Source: a virus
Lineage: Duplodnaviria; Caudoviricetes
Virus record (IMG/VR): IMGVR_UViG_3300037264_009246
Location: 1 to 54,970 of that record
Strand: one strand, 5' to 3'
Length of the DNA stretch: 54,970 bases
Position numbers and translations under genes: made by a program. The notes below the pieces were generated by a model, which worked only from the letters and a program-made list of their open reading frames with translations, was not told the DNA's origin and searched no databases. Position 1 is the first letter of the stretch. Each line of letters opens with the position of its first letter. Of the stretch, positions 28,291-37,623 are shown piece after piece.

Positions 28291-29322
28291 TCACAGTGGC
28301 TCCGCAAGGAAGCGCCCGCCGATAGCCGTACCCGCAATCCAGCGATAACTATTCGCACTACGCGACCGCGAACCGCAATCCGCGCCATCATTCCAACCGC
28401 CGCCCGCAAGAAGCTGTGTATTCCCGTAAGAAGTATTCCCAAATGTGTAGAACGAACCTTTTGCACCGGGTAAGTTATACCAGCCTCCAACCGTTCCATC
28501 GTCCAGTCTTGCTGATGGTGTTTTCAGCCATTGCCATAATGCGCCTGCACAGTCTTCACAACCTATGTTGCTTATCATGCGCCTCGCTGCAGTATCAACG
28601 TGCCCACCTGTAGTTACAGGGTCTGCTGAGCCTGTGATGTTCGTTTCTTCGTTGCTGCCTGCGGCGATTGCCTGGAACTCATTATCGTCCAGCAGACATT
28701 TTCCAACCGCTGCGCCATCGTCCACAAAATCCATCCAGTCACGCGTGTCTGATATGGTCGCATTGTAGGCAGAAGCGGTGCTTGCCCCAGTGCCGCTCGC
28801 TAGATATATATCCACCCACTTCTGGATTTCACTCGACCATACCATGCCTCCTGGGTTGCTCCGTGGGCGATGTTTCAGGTCCCATACGCTTCGTGGCAGG
28901 ATCTCATTTGCAAGATACCCGGTCAGGGTATGCCCAGCGATTACGCCCACATTAACACAGAGAGTATGGAATCCACCAATCTTTCTGCTTGTGGCTGCCG
29001 TGAACCCTGTTGGGAATGTGCTTGCTAAACTGATTTTCCCAACAACAGAACCAGCACTTTCACAGAGATATACGTAATAATCTTTTCCATTGCTGATTGC
29101 ACCTGTATCCATGTCTGTCGCAGTCGATAGTGTAATATCCGTATCGAGCAGATACCAGTTGTTATCGATGTTTATCGGTATATTGTTCGAGCCTTTGACG
29201 ACCACCGTGGTCTTACTCGCCCATTCAAGCAACCGGTCGAGCTTGTTGAGAGGAAAGTTTCCGAGAACCGCTCCTGCGATCACGAAATCCGAGACGTCCT
29301 TTGTGATTTTCCTGTTTGCCAT
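28291..29322 (-). CDS. DGR target: Mtd-like receptor-binding protein with a C-type-lectin/FGE-fold C-terminus
   Basis: GKDYYVY, SRKIGGFH, WVDIYLAS, GALWQW and GGxW...GGRF motifs, as in the BPP-1 Mtd family; carries the VR. Confidence 0.88.
   Translation of the reverse strand: MANRKITKDVSDFVIAGAVLGNFPLNKLDRLLEWASKTTVVVKGSNNIPINIDNNWYLLDTDITLSTATDMDTGAISNGKDYYVYLCESAGSVVGKISLASTFPTGFTAATSRKIGGFHTLCVNVGVIAGHTLTGYLANEILPRSVWDLKHRPRSNPGGMVWSSEIQKWVDIYLASGTGASTASAYNATISDTRDWMDFVDDGAAVGKCLLDDNEFQAIAAGSNEETNITGSADPVTTGGHVDTAARRMISNIGCEDCAGALWQWLKTPSARLDDGTVGGWYNLPGAKGSFYTFGNTSYGNTQLLAGGGWNDGADCGSRSRSANSYRWIAGTAIGGRFLAEPL
28301..28415 (-). repeat. DGR variable repeat (VR)
   Basis: 3' end of the target gene, encoding LLAGGGWNDGADCGSRSRSANSYRWIAGTAIGGRFLA. 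Confidence 0.95.
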
Positions 29323-29597
29323 TATAATGTCCCTTCTGTGAGTATTACCTCAGCGACTTCCTGTCTGCTTGCAAAGCCTTTCTGCTTCCAGGGCGGCATA
29401 GGGTTCTCAACAACTGCCGTGTTCCAGCCCTTATCTGGGTCTTTGGGGTCAATCGGCATAGTTGCTTTTATGACTGTACTATCATTGAGAGCAGCTATTT
29501 TCTTCATCTCTTCAATCGCCTGCACTTTGTACTCAGGCATTGCCAGCAGGTTCAGATAATCCTGTTTTGTAGCAACATTTTTGGGGTATCCGCGCAT
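29322..29597 (-). CDS. Hypothetical protein coupled to the Mtd-like gene
   Basis: MRGYPKNVATKQDYLNLL; stop overlaps the target start. Confidence 0.65.
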   Translation of the reverse strand: MRGYPKNVATKQDYLNLLAMPEYKVQAIEEMKKIAALNDSTVIKATMPIDPKDPDKGWNTAVVENPMPPWKQKGFASRQEVAEVILTEGTL

Positions 29598-29615
29598 TGT
29601 ATTTTACACCTCTAT

Positions 29616-30056
29616 TTATATCTTATTTGGATAGATTTTCATATAGTAAGGAACATTATTTATTAGAAATTTAGCTATGCGTGGTGTGCCAGATATTATT
29701 TTTACTAACGTAAAATTGGGCTTGGCATCAAGAGTACCTGCGTAGGAAACGCTCGCTGAGATTGTAGGGTACATCTGGAAAAAGTGATTTTCACTATTGG
29801 TTTGATAATATACAGTCAATGGTGTGCCTGATAATGTAGCATCGTTTAATGTGTAGATATTATCTGGTGTAAAACTATCGTTTGTTGCGCCGCTTTCTAT
29901 AGAAATCGTTGGATATACTTTAGCATAGTAATACGTTCCACCATTTACTGCTCTGATGATCTTTGGTGTACCTGATAATGTAGCGTCACTGAATGAAAGT
30001 AACTCTATTAATCGTGCCTTATAATCTATTCCCCCTCCTCCAAATATCTGGCTCAT
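29616..30056 (-). CDS. Protein with three SGTP...YP repeats
   Basis: DATLSGTP x2 and IISGTP, each followed later by (K/Q)(V/M/I)YP. Confidence 0.65.
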   Translation of the reverse strand: MSQIFGGGGIDYKARLIELLSFSDATLSGTPKIIRAVNGGTYYYAKVYPTISIESGATNDSFTPDNIYTLNDATLSGTPLTVYYQTNSENHFFQMYPTISASVSYAGTLDAKPNFTLVKIISGTPRIAKFLINNVPYYMKIYPNKI

Positions 30057-30704
30057 TTATACCTCTGTGAAATGCTGCACCCATCCGCTTACCTGGACTG
30101 CACCGGATAGATTGATTATAAACGCCTCTCCATCATTGGTTTCCAGTGGGTAGAAATCACCGTCAAATACCATACCGCCATTAGCAGCGAAGGGCATAGC
30201 CCCTGTAAGATTATTTGCACCACTTTTAAGGGTTACATTCACAGCCGAAGCACAGAGTATTACCAGTTTTACAAGTTTATGCTTATTGCCTGGCGATGCT
30301 GCAATTATCGTATTGTCCCCTGCGGTGGCAATAGTTATCGGGGTTCTGGATGAGGTCTGTTTTAACGCAGCTCGCGTACTGAGTGCAACATCTAACTTAG
30401 AAAAATCACCTGACCAATCCCTTCCAGTCTGTGCCGTACCGCCCACTTTAGTTAGTTCGGAGCTGACAACATCAACATCAGTGAGTGCCCGTATCTGCCT
30501 TGGATCTATCTCAACTCCTGCACTGCGAAGCTGGACAAGGGTATCAAAAGTAGCAGCCCTCTGTAATATCTGCTGTCCCTGGGATCCGTATATGATACCC
30601 AATAACCGTGCTGCCCTGTTGGTAACATCTACATTTGTGGCTGGTGAAGTGGCCTGCAGTTGGTCAAGTATCTGCTTCAAAAAGATCTGTTCCTCAACGC
30701 CCAT
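30057..30704 (-). CDS. Putative virion fibre/adaptor protein
   Basis: VDVTNRAARLLG stalk-like segment plus a beta-rich C-terminal domain; in the Mtd operon. Confidence 0.5.
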   Translation of the reverse strand: MGVEEQIFLKQILDQLQATSPATNVDVTNRAARLLGIIYGSQGQQILQRAATFDTLVQLRSAGVEIDPRQIRALTDVDVVSSELTKVGGTAQTGRDWSGDFSKLDVALSTRAALKQTSSRTPITIATAGDNTIIAASPGNKHKLVKLVILCASAVNVTLKSGANNLTGAMPFAANGGMVFDGDFYPLETNDGEAFIINLSGAVQVSGWVQHFTEV

Positions 30705-31171
30705 CAGGATTCCTCACAGAGATCATACACGCCAAGAATATTAGATATCGTGGCCTGGGTACTGAACCATGCAAATATAGATAGACCTTGCCTGAAGTGA
30801 AGCAATTTCAGGTTTAGCACATAATCGCTGCCAACGAGTTTTGCCACTACCGTTTCAGAGTACAGGGTAATGGCTGCCAGGTCATCCCATTCAGATCTCG
30901 CCCCGAACGGCTGCCTCCCGTCAAGTTCAATCTGTAGATTGATCTTCTGATCTGCTACAACTGTGACCTCTCTGAGAACCCCGATCCCTTCTTCCTTAAA
31001 TATGCTTTCCCCGGTTGTGGTTGAAATGTTACGGCGGCTGATGATGCGGGTGGACATCTTATAATGCTTTTTGCCTGGCTGTGCTGCAGCAGATTCAATG
31101 ACCTTGTTAGACCCGGTATCCTGGATGAATGCCTGGATCGCGGTCTCAACTATTTCTGGCATCACACCCAC
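30704..31171 (-). CDS. Hypothetical beta-rich protein
   Basis: Coupled in the operon. Confidence 0.55.
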   Translation of the reverse strand: MGVMPEIVETAIQAFIQDTGSNKVIESAAAQPGKKHYKMSTRIISRRNISTTTGESIFKEEGIGVLREVTVVADQKINLQIELDGRQPFGARSEWDDLAAITLYSETVVAKLVGSDYVLNLKLLHFRQGLSIFAWFSTQATISNILGVYDLCEES

Positions 31172-31416
31172 TTCTCGATGATATCCAGCGTATTCCCGGT
31201 CCTTGTGATCGAAGTTACTTTTGTCCTGGCCTGCTCCGGTTGCGCCATCCTTGGCATCACCGGCATCATTGACATGCCCTGCATAACGTTGAGAAACAGT
31301 ATTAAAGGCAGAAATGGCGCCAGAGCAAGGAACATGATAGGATCCTGTGGGATAGCCATCATCTGATAGGGCTGCTGATTATTGTTCGTATTTGTCTGAA
31401 CTAATTGATTATCCAC
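31162..31416 (-). CDS. Small membrane protein
   Basis: Hydrophobic stretch IMFLALAPFLPLILFL. Confidence 0.5.
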   Translation of the reverse strand: MDNQLVQTNTNNNQQPYQMMAIPQDPIMFLALAPFLPLILFLNVMQGMSMMPVMPRMAQPEQARTKVTSITRTGNTLDIIEKWV

Positions 31417-31669
31417 TTACAACACACTCCTGGCTAACTCCAAATGTTCGTGGGATCCAGCTAAATACCGGATCGTCAGGCAGGGGATACCATAGCGCGC
31501 ACCATCCGGAGGTTCCGATGATGTTATAGTCAGGGTATCCCCTCCTGCATACGATCTGGCAGTCGCCCGGAGCTATAAAGAACTTACAAAATTGACACTG
31601 GTAGATCCATAATAACGGCGGCGGTCCCATTGTTGTATAGAACGCCTGGGTTTTAGTGTATTTTACCAT
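31409..31669 (-). CDS. HiPIP-like 4-Cys protein
   Basis: Y...CQFCKFF...C.IV...GWCALW. Confidence 0.55.
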   Translation of the reverse strand: MVKYTKTQAFYTTMGPPPLLWIYQCQFCKFFIAPGDCQIVCRRGYPDYNIIGTSGWCALWYPLPDDPVFSWIPRTFGVSQECVVSG

Positions 31670-31695
31670 ATTTTACCCTATTTTACCATAATCGA

Positions 31696-31860
31696 TCATG
31701 CCGGTGGAGGCGGTATCTTTGGAGCAATGGCTGCAAGCACGCCAAGCAGCGGCAGCGCAAGAGTCACGGCAACAACGGCTGACACAACAAGGACGATAAC
31801 AGTTTCATCCTCGATGATGCAGCCTTCGTCACTGTTGATCAGACACTTCTTTTCCGCCAT
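31696..31860 (-). CDS. Small membrane protein (54 aa, not in the ORF track)
   Basis: Manual translation MAEKKCLINSDEGCIIEDETVIVLVVSAVVAVTLALPLLGVLAAIAPKIPPPPA. Confidence 0.5.
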   Translation of the reverse strand: MAEKKCLINSDEGCIIEDETVIVLVVSAVVAVTLALPLLGVLAAIAPKIPPPPA

Positions 31861-31881
31861 GATATTTAATTATACATACAT

Positions 31882-32367
31882 CTAAATATTCATTTCGTAT
31901 GAAATTGTCCTGACCTTTCTCCATATATCCGGAAATTCATGCTCCCTGTGTATCATCAGGCAGGTTACAACTGTAACGTCCGGTGGAAGATCCATGTCAA
32001 AAGCATCCCCGCATATCACGGTAAGATTTGTCGGCATGTCATAACCGATTATATTAAGTGCGCTGGCAACGATTTTAGGGTTTATCTCGACTGCATACAC
32101 CTTCCTGACCTTCTCTGCCATCATCAGGTCAAACCGAAGATCTCCGGCGCCAACATCGAACACAACATCATACCCGTTGAGCTTTGACAGGCAATCGTCA
32201 TAGTTTGTCAGCTCCGGAACAAACCAGATCTCAAAACCTTTCATCCCTCGAAGTGCCTGGAATGACAGGCATTCTTTGGCATCACTGTGGTCATACTTCT
32301 TAATCCTCCGGGTGAACGATCTCTCAAGCCTCGATATAATCTCCCTGGTTTCCTCGCTCATATTCAT
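31882..32367 (-). CDS. Class I SAM-dependent methyltransferase-like protein
   Basis: VFDVGAGD, VYAVEIN and ICGDAF motifs. Confidence 0.8.
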   Translation of the reverse strand: MNMSEETREIISRLERSFTRRIKKYDHSDAKECLSFQALRGMKGFEIWFVPELTNYDDCLSKLNGYDVVFDVGAGDLRFDLMMAEKVRKVYAVEINPKIVASALNIIGYDMPTNLTVICGDAFDMDLPPDVTVVTCLMIHREHEFPDIWRKVRTISYEMNI

Positions 32368-32410
32368 ATCTTAAACCTCAAATGAAGTTGAAATAGAGTT
32401 GATTTAGCAT

Positions 32411-32734
32411 TCATTCAAACCCCATGATCTCAATCCCATGCTCCCTGCCCTCACACCTCACGCACAGGGCACGTCCCTCTTCATTGAACGTCCTTTTCGC
32501 CTGCTCTTCAGTTATTTCAGAAGGACAATCCCTGCAGTGGTAAACCTTCACTCGCGGTATTTCCCATGGAAAGGGCAGCTTCCTTGGATCCTCAATAGAA
32601 ATGCGATATGATACCTCAGATCCATACTTGTCAGTGCAATCACGGCAAACAAGCACACGGCAGCCATTGTCTATTCCCGCATACGTGAGCTTCTTTCCGC
32701 AGGTATGGAGCATCCCGGTTGTGTCAAACATCAA
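32411..32734 (-). CDS. Zn-finger hypothetical protein
   Basis: Multiple CxxC pairs. Confidence 0.5.
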   Translation of the reverse strand: MMFDTTGMLHTCGKKLTYAGIDNGCRVLVCRDCTDKYGSEVSYRISIEDPRKLPFPWEIPRVKVYHCRDCPSEITEEQAKRTFNEEGRALCVRCEGREHGIEIMGFE

Positions 32735-33043
32735 TTATCTTATCTCATAAAACCTTTGTTTTCGTACTCCTTCCGTGTTTGCCAAATGAATAACTGGCTC
32801 TTATACATGCTTCAATCCATGCATCTTTCACTTCTTGTCTTACTTCATCCTTGAACTTCTGTATCAGCTCATTCAGTTCATCATTGTTAAGATTCATGAA
32901 TCCCTCGGTAATTTTACTGTCTTCATAAGCTAATTCTTTACCTGGAATCCATGCATTGTACCACGCAATAATTTCCTCAAACAACTTTTCTTTTTCTTCT
33001 TTATCCATCTTTGCACCTCGCATTTTAGAATTTCACCGCTCAT

Positions 33044-33442
33044 TCAGTTCAGCCCACAAAAAAACCCATGCCTCTGATCATTCATGCTGCCTGTAAAGAA
33101 TTCAGGGATATCGGGACTCTTCTCCGGTTCTATGACAGGTTCAACGTCCTCAAGCTCATCAACATCGTGCAGTATGATCTCTTCCCCTCGAATCTCGACA
33201 GCGTACTTGATCTTCGCTGAAACTCCTGACTTTTCAGCAGCTTCATGGCAGCCATCACATACAATACCTACAGCCCTATCCTCTAAACCTGGCATAAGAA
33301 AATTATTCCATACAGGAAATTTCCAGGCAGCCTTCTTATCAACCTGTGCCAGGCTCAGGTATTTACTGTCATGAAGGGGCTTTGTGCAGATACAGCACGT
33401 TCCTCTTTTTAATATATCTTCAAAACTAACCATGTATTCCAT
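33044..33442 (-). CDS. Zn-finger hypothetical protein
   Basis: CCIC and CDGC; coupled in the operon. Confidence 0.5.
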   Translation of the reverse strand: MEYMVSFEDILKRGTCCICTKPLHDSKYLSLAQVDKKAAWKFPVWNNFLMPGLEDRAVGIVCDGCHEAAEKSGVSAKIKYAVEIRGEEIILHDVDELEDVEPVIEPEKSPDIPEFFTGSMNDQRHGFFCGLN

Positions 33443-34291
33443 CCTTCAAGATTGCCTTGAATGGCAGTCCAGGTTCAAGTGAATCATTTATCTCTTCAAT
33501 TTCCTTTACCGTCTTATCAGGCAGGTTCATGAAAACTTCAATGTGCCGCGACCTATCGTTCTGCTCGATATCCCTGATGCACTGCGTCAGCTTCTTTAAC
33601 TCATCGACTTTGAAGGATCCTTTAGTTGAGATCTGGATGATTTCTGTCATGCTGGCCGCACCCTCTCAAGCATATAGCACCCGGATATCCCGTCAAGCTG
33701 TATCATTGCCGTATGCCCTGGGTATTCCCTACACGCGCCAAGCATGAATGCTTCTGACCTTGTTTTAGTTCGTTCCTCAGTCTGATCATCCTTAACAACG
33801 ATCACATCAAGACCGGGTTGATGTTCCTTATTCCAGGCTTCAACAAGCTCAACCTGTTTTTTTTCTTTCTTTCCTGCTTTCATGCTACTGCCTTCCTTGC
33901 CTTCTTCTGTCTCTCAACCCACTTTATCATCTCATTCTGTTCTTCAGGTTTTAACCAGTCTGTTTTACCAATCACTTCAATGAGTGCATCCAACATTCCA
34001 ATTTCATCTTTCCACTTCTGCATATTTATCTCCGCTTAATGTTTTTTTTCGTGCTTTCCGGCTTTCATAACTTCGTTTCCTCGAACCCATGCTTATACCA
34101 AAATCCGTAACTCCACATACGGGAACTTGCTATCACATTGAATGCTGCTGCAATCATACCGAACATAGTAATAGGAACTAATGAACTAAACATAAATGAA
34201 AGACCTATTCCAAGACTTAATAAGATAACATCAATTCTCGGTATCCAGTAATTATTCCAGTCAAATATGATTCCTTCAATCGTTTTGTTCA

Positions 34292-35152
34292 TCACGTCCT
34301 CCGCTTAAAGAAATGAACCATTCTTGATGATGGTATCAGGCTCGGTAACGGTGCGTATCCCTTGCCAAGAACTGCCGTTGCTATACTCTCGGATTCTGCC
34401 GGGTCTGGCATTGCGCGCACTGCTCCAACTGAAAAAATCTCTATAGGATTCCTGTCAGGTGGATTGTGGATTATCGTGAGGCTTATACCATAACCGCTTT
34501 TTATGTCCATTGGTATAACCGGGATAAACCCGCCCTGCATTCGTAAACGAAGCCCATCTTTCATAGTTATTGTCTTTGCCCGGGTCCTGAGTGCTATAAT
34601 CTCATCTCCGGAGATTAGATCATTGCCTTTAAGCCTGTCAGTACATCGTGAGCAAACATTTGGCGCCGCCCAGGAGCAGCCACCGGGACAGGCATGATCT
34701 GCAGTGCATCCGCAGAACATGCATTTCATTTTTTCCTTCTGAAGATGGCACAGTATCTCACCTAACTTCTCCCTGTCATGGATGTACTTGTCAAGGAGTT
34801 CATCAGCGATTACCAGGGCTTTATTCCAGTCCTCATCTTTGCGTTCCCCAAATATGGCGTCCATGGATTCCAGATACCCCTCGGTGTTCGTGCATATCCT
34901 GGGTTCAAGTAACCCCTTCTCACCATCGTATATACCAACGTCAAACCCACCGGCGCACGGCTCAAGGCAGATCTCAAACCCAGGGACTCCAAATGAGTAA
35001 TAGTAATGCTCTTTATCCAGGTCGATCCGGATGAAATGCTCGCGCGTGAACTTGGTCAAATCTTTCTCTGCCTTACAAATAGGGCACGGACTAAGCCACC
35101 TGCCATGTTTGCAGTCTGTCCATACACGTTCATTTTGTTGTTCAGGCGGCAT
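34292..35152 (-). CDS. Multi-domain Cys-rich hypothetical protein
   Basis: CMFCGCTADHACPGGCSW...CSRC. Confidence 0.6.
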   Translation of the reverse strand: MPPEQQNERVWTDCKHGRWLSPCPICKAEKDLTKFTREHFIRIDLDKEHYYYSFGVPGFEICLEPCAGGFDVGIYDGEKGLLEPRICTNTEGYLESMDAIFGERKDEDWNKALVIADELLDKYIHDREKLGEILCHLQKEKMKCMFCGCTADHACPGGCSWAAPNVCSRCTDRLKGNDLISGDEIIALRTRAKTITMKDGLRLRMQGGFIPVIPMDIKSGYGISLTIIHNPPDRNPIEIFSVGAVRAMPDPAESESIATAVLGKGYAPLPSLIPSSRMVHFFKRRT

Positions 35153-35153
35153 A

Positions 35154-35456
35154 TCATCCCTTCCCCTTACCGAACTTGGTATAAAATATCTCCAATCCCT
35201 TAACCAAACTTTTAAGCTCGTCTATTGAATTTTTGACTTCATTTATATTAGAATCCTGCTGATCATAGTACCTTCTGATAACCTCTGAAACACGTTCATT
35301 GCCTGTCTGCTTTAATTTCAGCGACCTGACATAATTCTCGATCTCAACATAATCCTTGACGATCTCAAGCAGTGTTTCACCCGGCGGCCTGCCGTTGCCG
35401 CGCTTCTCAATTATCTCCAATAATTCCAGCGGTATCTTTACATTCTTACTTGTCAT
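35154..35456 (-). CDS. RHH-like protein, first gene of a small-gene operon
   Basis: SKNVKIPLELLEII; GGAGG RBS. Confidence 0.5.
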   Translation of the reverse strand: MTSKNVKIPLELLEIIEKRGNGRPPGETLLEIVKDYVEIENYVRSLKLKQTGNERVSEVIRRYYDQQDSNINEVKNSIDELKSLVKGLEIFYTKFGKGKG

Positions 35457-35938
35457 TCAATTCCTCCAGATATTAAAAGGCTATTAAGCCCTGTAATTTG
35501 CACATTTAGACCTGCATTCAACAACATGCACGATCATTATTTTTTCCTGTTAGATTTTATTTGTTTTATTATGTCGATAGCTTCCTTTTCTGCCTGTTTA
35601 TATGCATGAACTTGAACCAATCGATACAGTATGATGATAAAAATTATAAATATTATTGCATACCCATATATCTCGTACATTCTAATCCCACACTATAGAC
35701 ACGTCCTTACCACACACATCACAGTGGAAACCACTTTCCATTGCTGGATATTTCTTATCAGTGCGTTTCATTATCTTTCCTGAGCAATCGCAGGTAACTT
35801 CACCTGTTGTTTCATTAATAACAATTCCTAATATTGATGGCTGCTCATCCGGTTCTGCGTCTCTTATCTGATTTTCTCTTACCATTAACTTCTTGCCAGG
35901 ATTGTTACAAACAATAAATTCGTATGCTGTCATTTATA

Positions 35939-36379
35939 TCAACTCCATAATTCTTCTGCCAATCTGACTAAAGGATAGGGATGTTTCTTTCCAGCCCAGC
36001 GTTCACCAACTGTAAGACTGGGTCCTGCCTTCTCAGCTTTTCGCCATTCCTGTAAAAATGATGGCATGTAGCCTTTGCGAATAATTATATCAAATACCCT
36101 ATCTCCATAGATATTTTGTATGTAAAACGGCACTGGATGAAGATACGGCGATTCTTCTACCCGGATTCCGTATTTATCACTGAGCCTGCTGAGAAGCTGC
36201 CTTATTTCTATTTTTGTCTGGTCTGATGGATGACCATATATTATCAAATCAACATCTGATTTTCCGGGTCTGAACCTGTTCGGGTCAGTTATTGAGCCAA
36301 AAAATTCTATTCTCTCTATGCCTTCTAATTTTCTTGCCTGATCTTTAAAATCATTCATGAATGATATTGTATCAGCCAT
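35939..36379 (-). CDS. Minimal nucleotidyltransferase (Pol-beta-like)
   Basis: FFGS...SDVDL. Confidence 0.8.
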   Translation of the reverse strand: MADTISFMNDFKDQARKLEGIERIEFFGSITDPNRFRPGKSDVDLIIYGHPSDQTKIEIRQLLSRLSDKYGIRVEESPYLHPVPFYIQNIYGDRVFDIIIRKGYMPSFLQEWRKAEKAGPSLTVGERWAGKKHPYPLVRLAEELWS

Positions 36380-36380
36380 T

Positions 36381-37364
36381 TTATTTCTCCTTGATCATCA
36401 TATCTGCAATTTCACCCGGAGCAGACAGAAGCAGCTCCTCACATTCAAGATATGGTATTTTCGTACAGATTATATTCGTCCTGGCTTCAAGGATCTCCTT
36501 ATCAAGTATTTCCCTGAGAGTTTTCTGTGCCCCTTCCTGTGACCATAATTCCTTAGCCTTCGATAGATCAACAGCCCTGTTCTTGACATCTACGAAGAAC
36601 TCCTTAACAAGCCTGTCAATACCCATACACTTGAAAAGCAGCATCTCAGAACCGAAACCACTGGTCTTTTTACCATCGATAAGTATTTGTAGATCCGCAA
36701 TATCATCCGCGATCTGCATGGCATTACCAACGTGAAGCCCGTAATTCGAGAAATGTACCATCTCATCCTTATACGCGCAGAAATCGTCCAGGCTGTTGCA
36801 GGTCATACACCTTGATGCCATGTGGCCCCACAGAGAGGCAAGACTGAACAGCCGCCCGGTTTTTTGTGATATTACTGCATCGTATAGCATGGTTGCAGGA
36901 AGATCCGGATTAGAGAACAGTTCCTTAACCACTCCCTTGACCATGCTCCGCTGCGTCTGAGCCAGGGAGCCAACGAACCGTTCACCATGTCGTGATGCAA
37001 TGTCATAAGGCATGGATAGAACCCCTATTGTGTCAAGCATGGCCTTCTTATGACCTTTACTGAGGTGAATGGTCGGCAGTCCCCTGCGTTCCGTATCTTC
37101 ATCGAGCATATCATCCAGGATGAGTGACGCGCTGTGAGCCAGTTCAACCGCGCAGGCTAAATTAAGTGCTGCGTCCCTGTTCTGTTTTTTATCGGACATT
37201 GAATCAAAGACCAGGAGTAAAAGACCGGCACGCAGACGCTTACCTTTTAAAAGCATTGGTGTTATGTCAGGATCCTTCAGCTTCTCCCGCGCGATCTTGT
37301 CTATGCGTTCATCGACCTGGGGTTTTATTTCATTAAGGTATCCCTGGAATGTTCTATTGCTCAT
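36381..37364 (-). CDS. Trans-polyprenyl diphosphate synthase
   Basis: GKRLR, FARM DDMLD..RRG, KTG and SARM QIADDIAD motifs. Confidence 0.92.
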   Translation of the reverse strand: MSNRTFQGYLNEIKPQVDERIDKIAREKLKDPDITPMLLKGKRLRAGLLLLVFDSMSDKKQNRDAALNLACAVELAHSASLILDDMLDEDTERRGLPTIHLSKGHKKAMLDTIGVLSMPYDIASRHGERFVGSLAQTQRSMVKGVVKELFSNPDLPATMLYDAVISQKTGRLFSLASLWGHMASRCMTCNSLDDFCAYKDEMVHFSNYGLHVGNAMQIADDIADLQILIDGKKTSGFGSEMLLFKCMGIDRLVKEFFVDVKNRAVDLSKAKELWSQEGAQKTLREILDKEILEARTNIICTKIPYLECEELLLSAPGEIADMMIKEK

Positions 37365-37623
37365 TTCTTTGAACCTCCTATAGGGAAATTACGCCCTGTA
37401 AACATCTTCTCATATCTCCTGATTACCGGGATAATTGGTACTGGAATGCGTTTCTTAGGTTCTTTCCAGGCAAACATCTGTCTTGCTTTTTCCTCACGCA
37501 CATACGCTTCAAATTCATCAAATAAATGGTGACGTGGGGGGTTGTAATAGGTAACTGTGTTTGCAGTTGCGGTGCCTATATCTAAAAATATCCCTCGTAT
37601 CTTATATGTCCCTGAATATGTCA

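Noticed and set aside
29322-29597. Possible Avd
   Set aside because: Pro-rich, 91 aa, with no four-helix-bundle pattern; more likely a fibre-associated protein.
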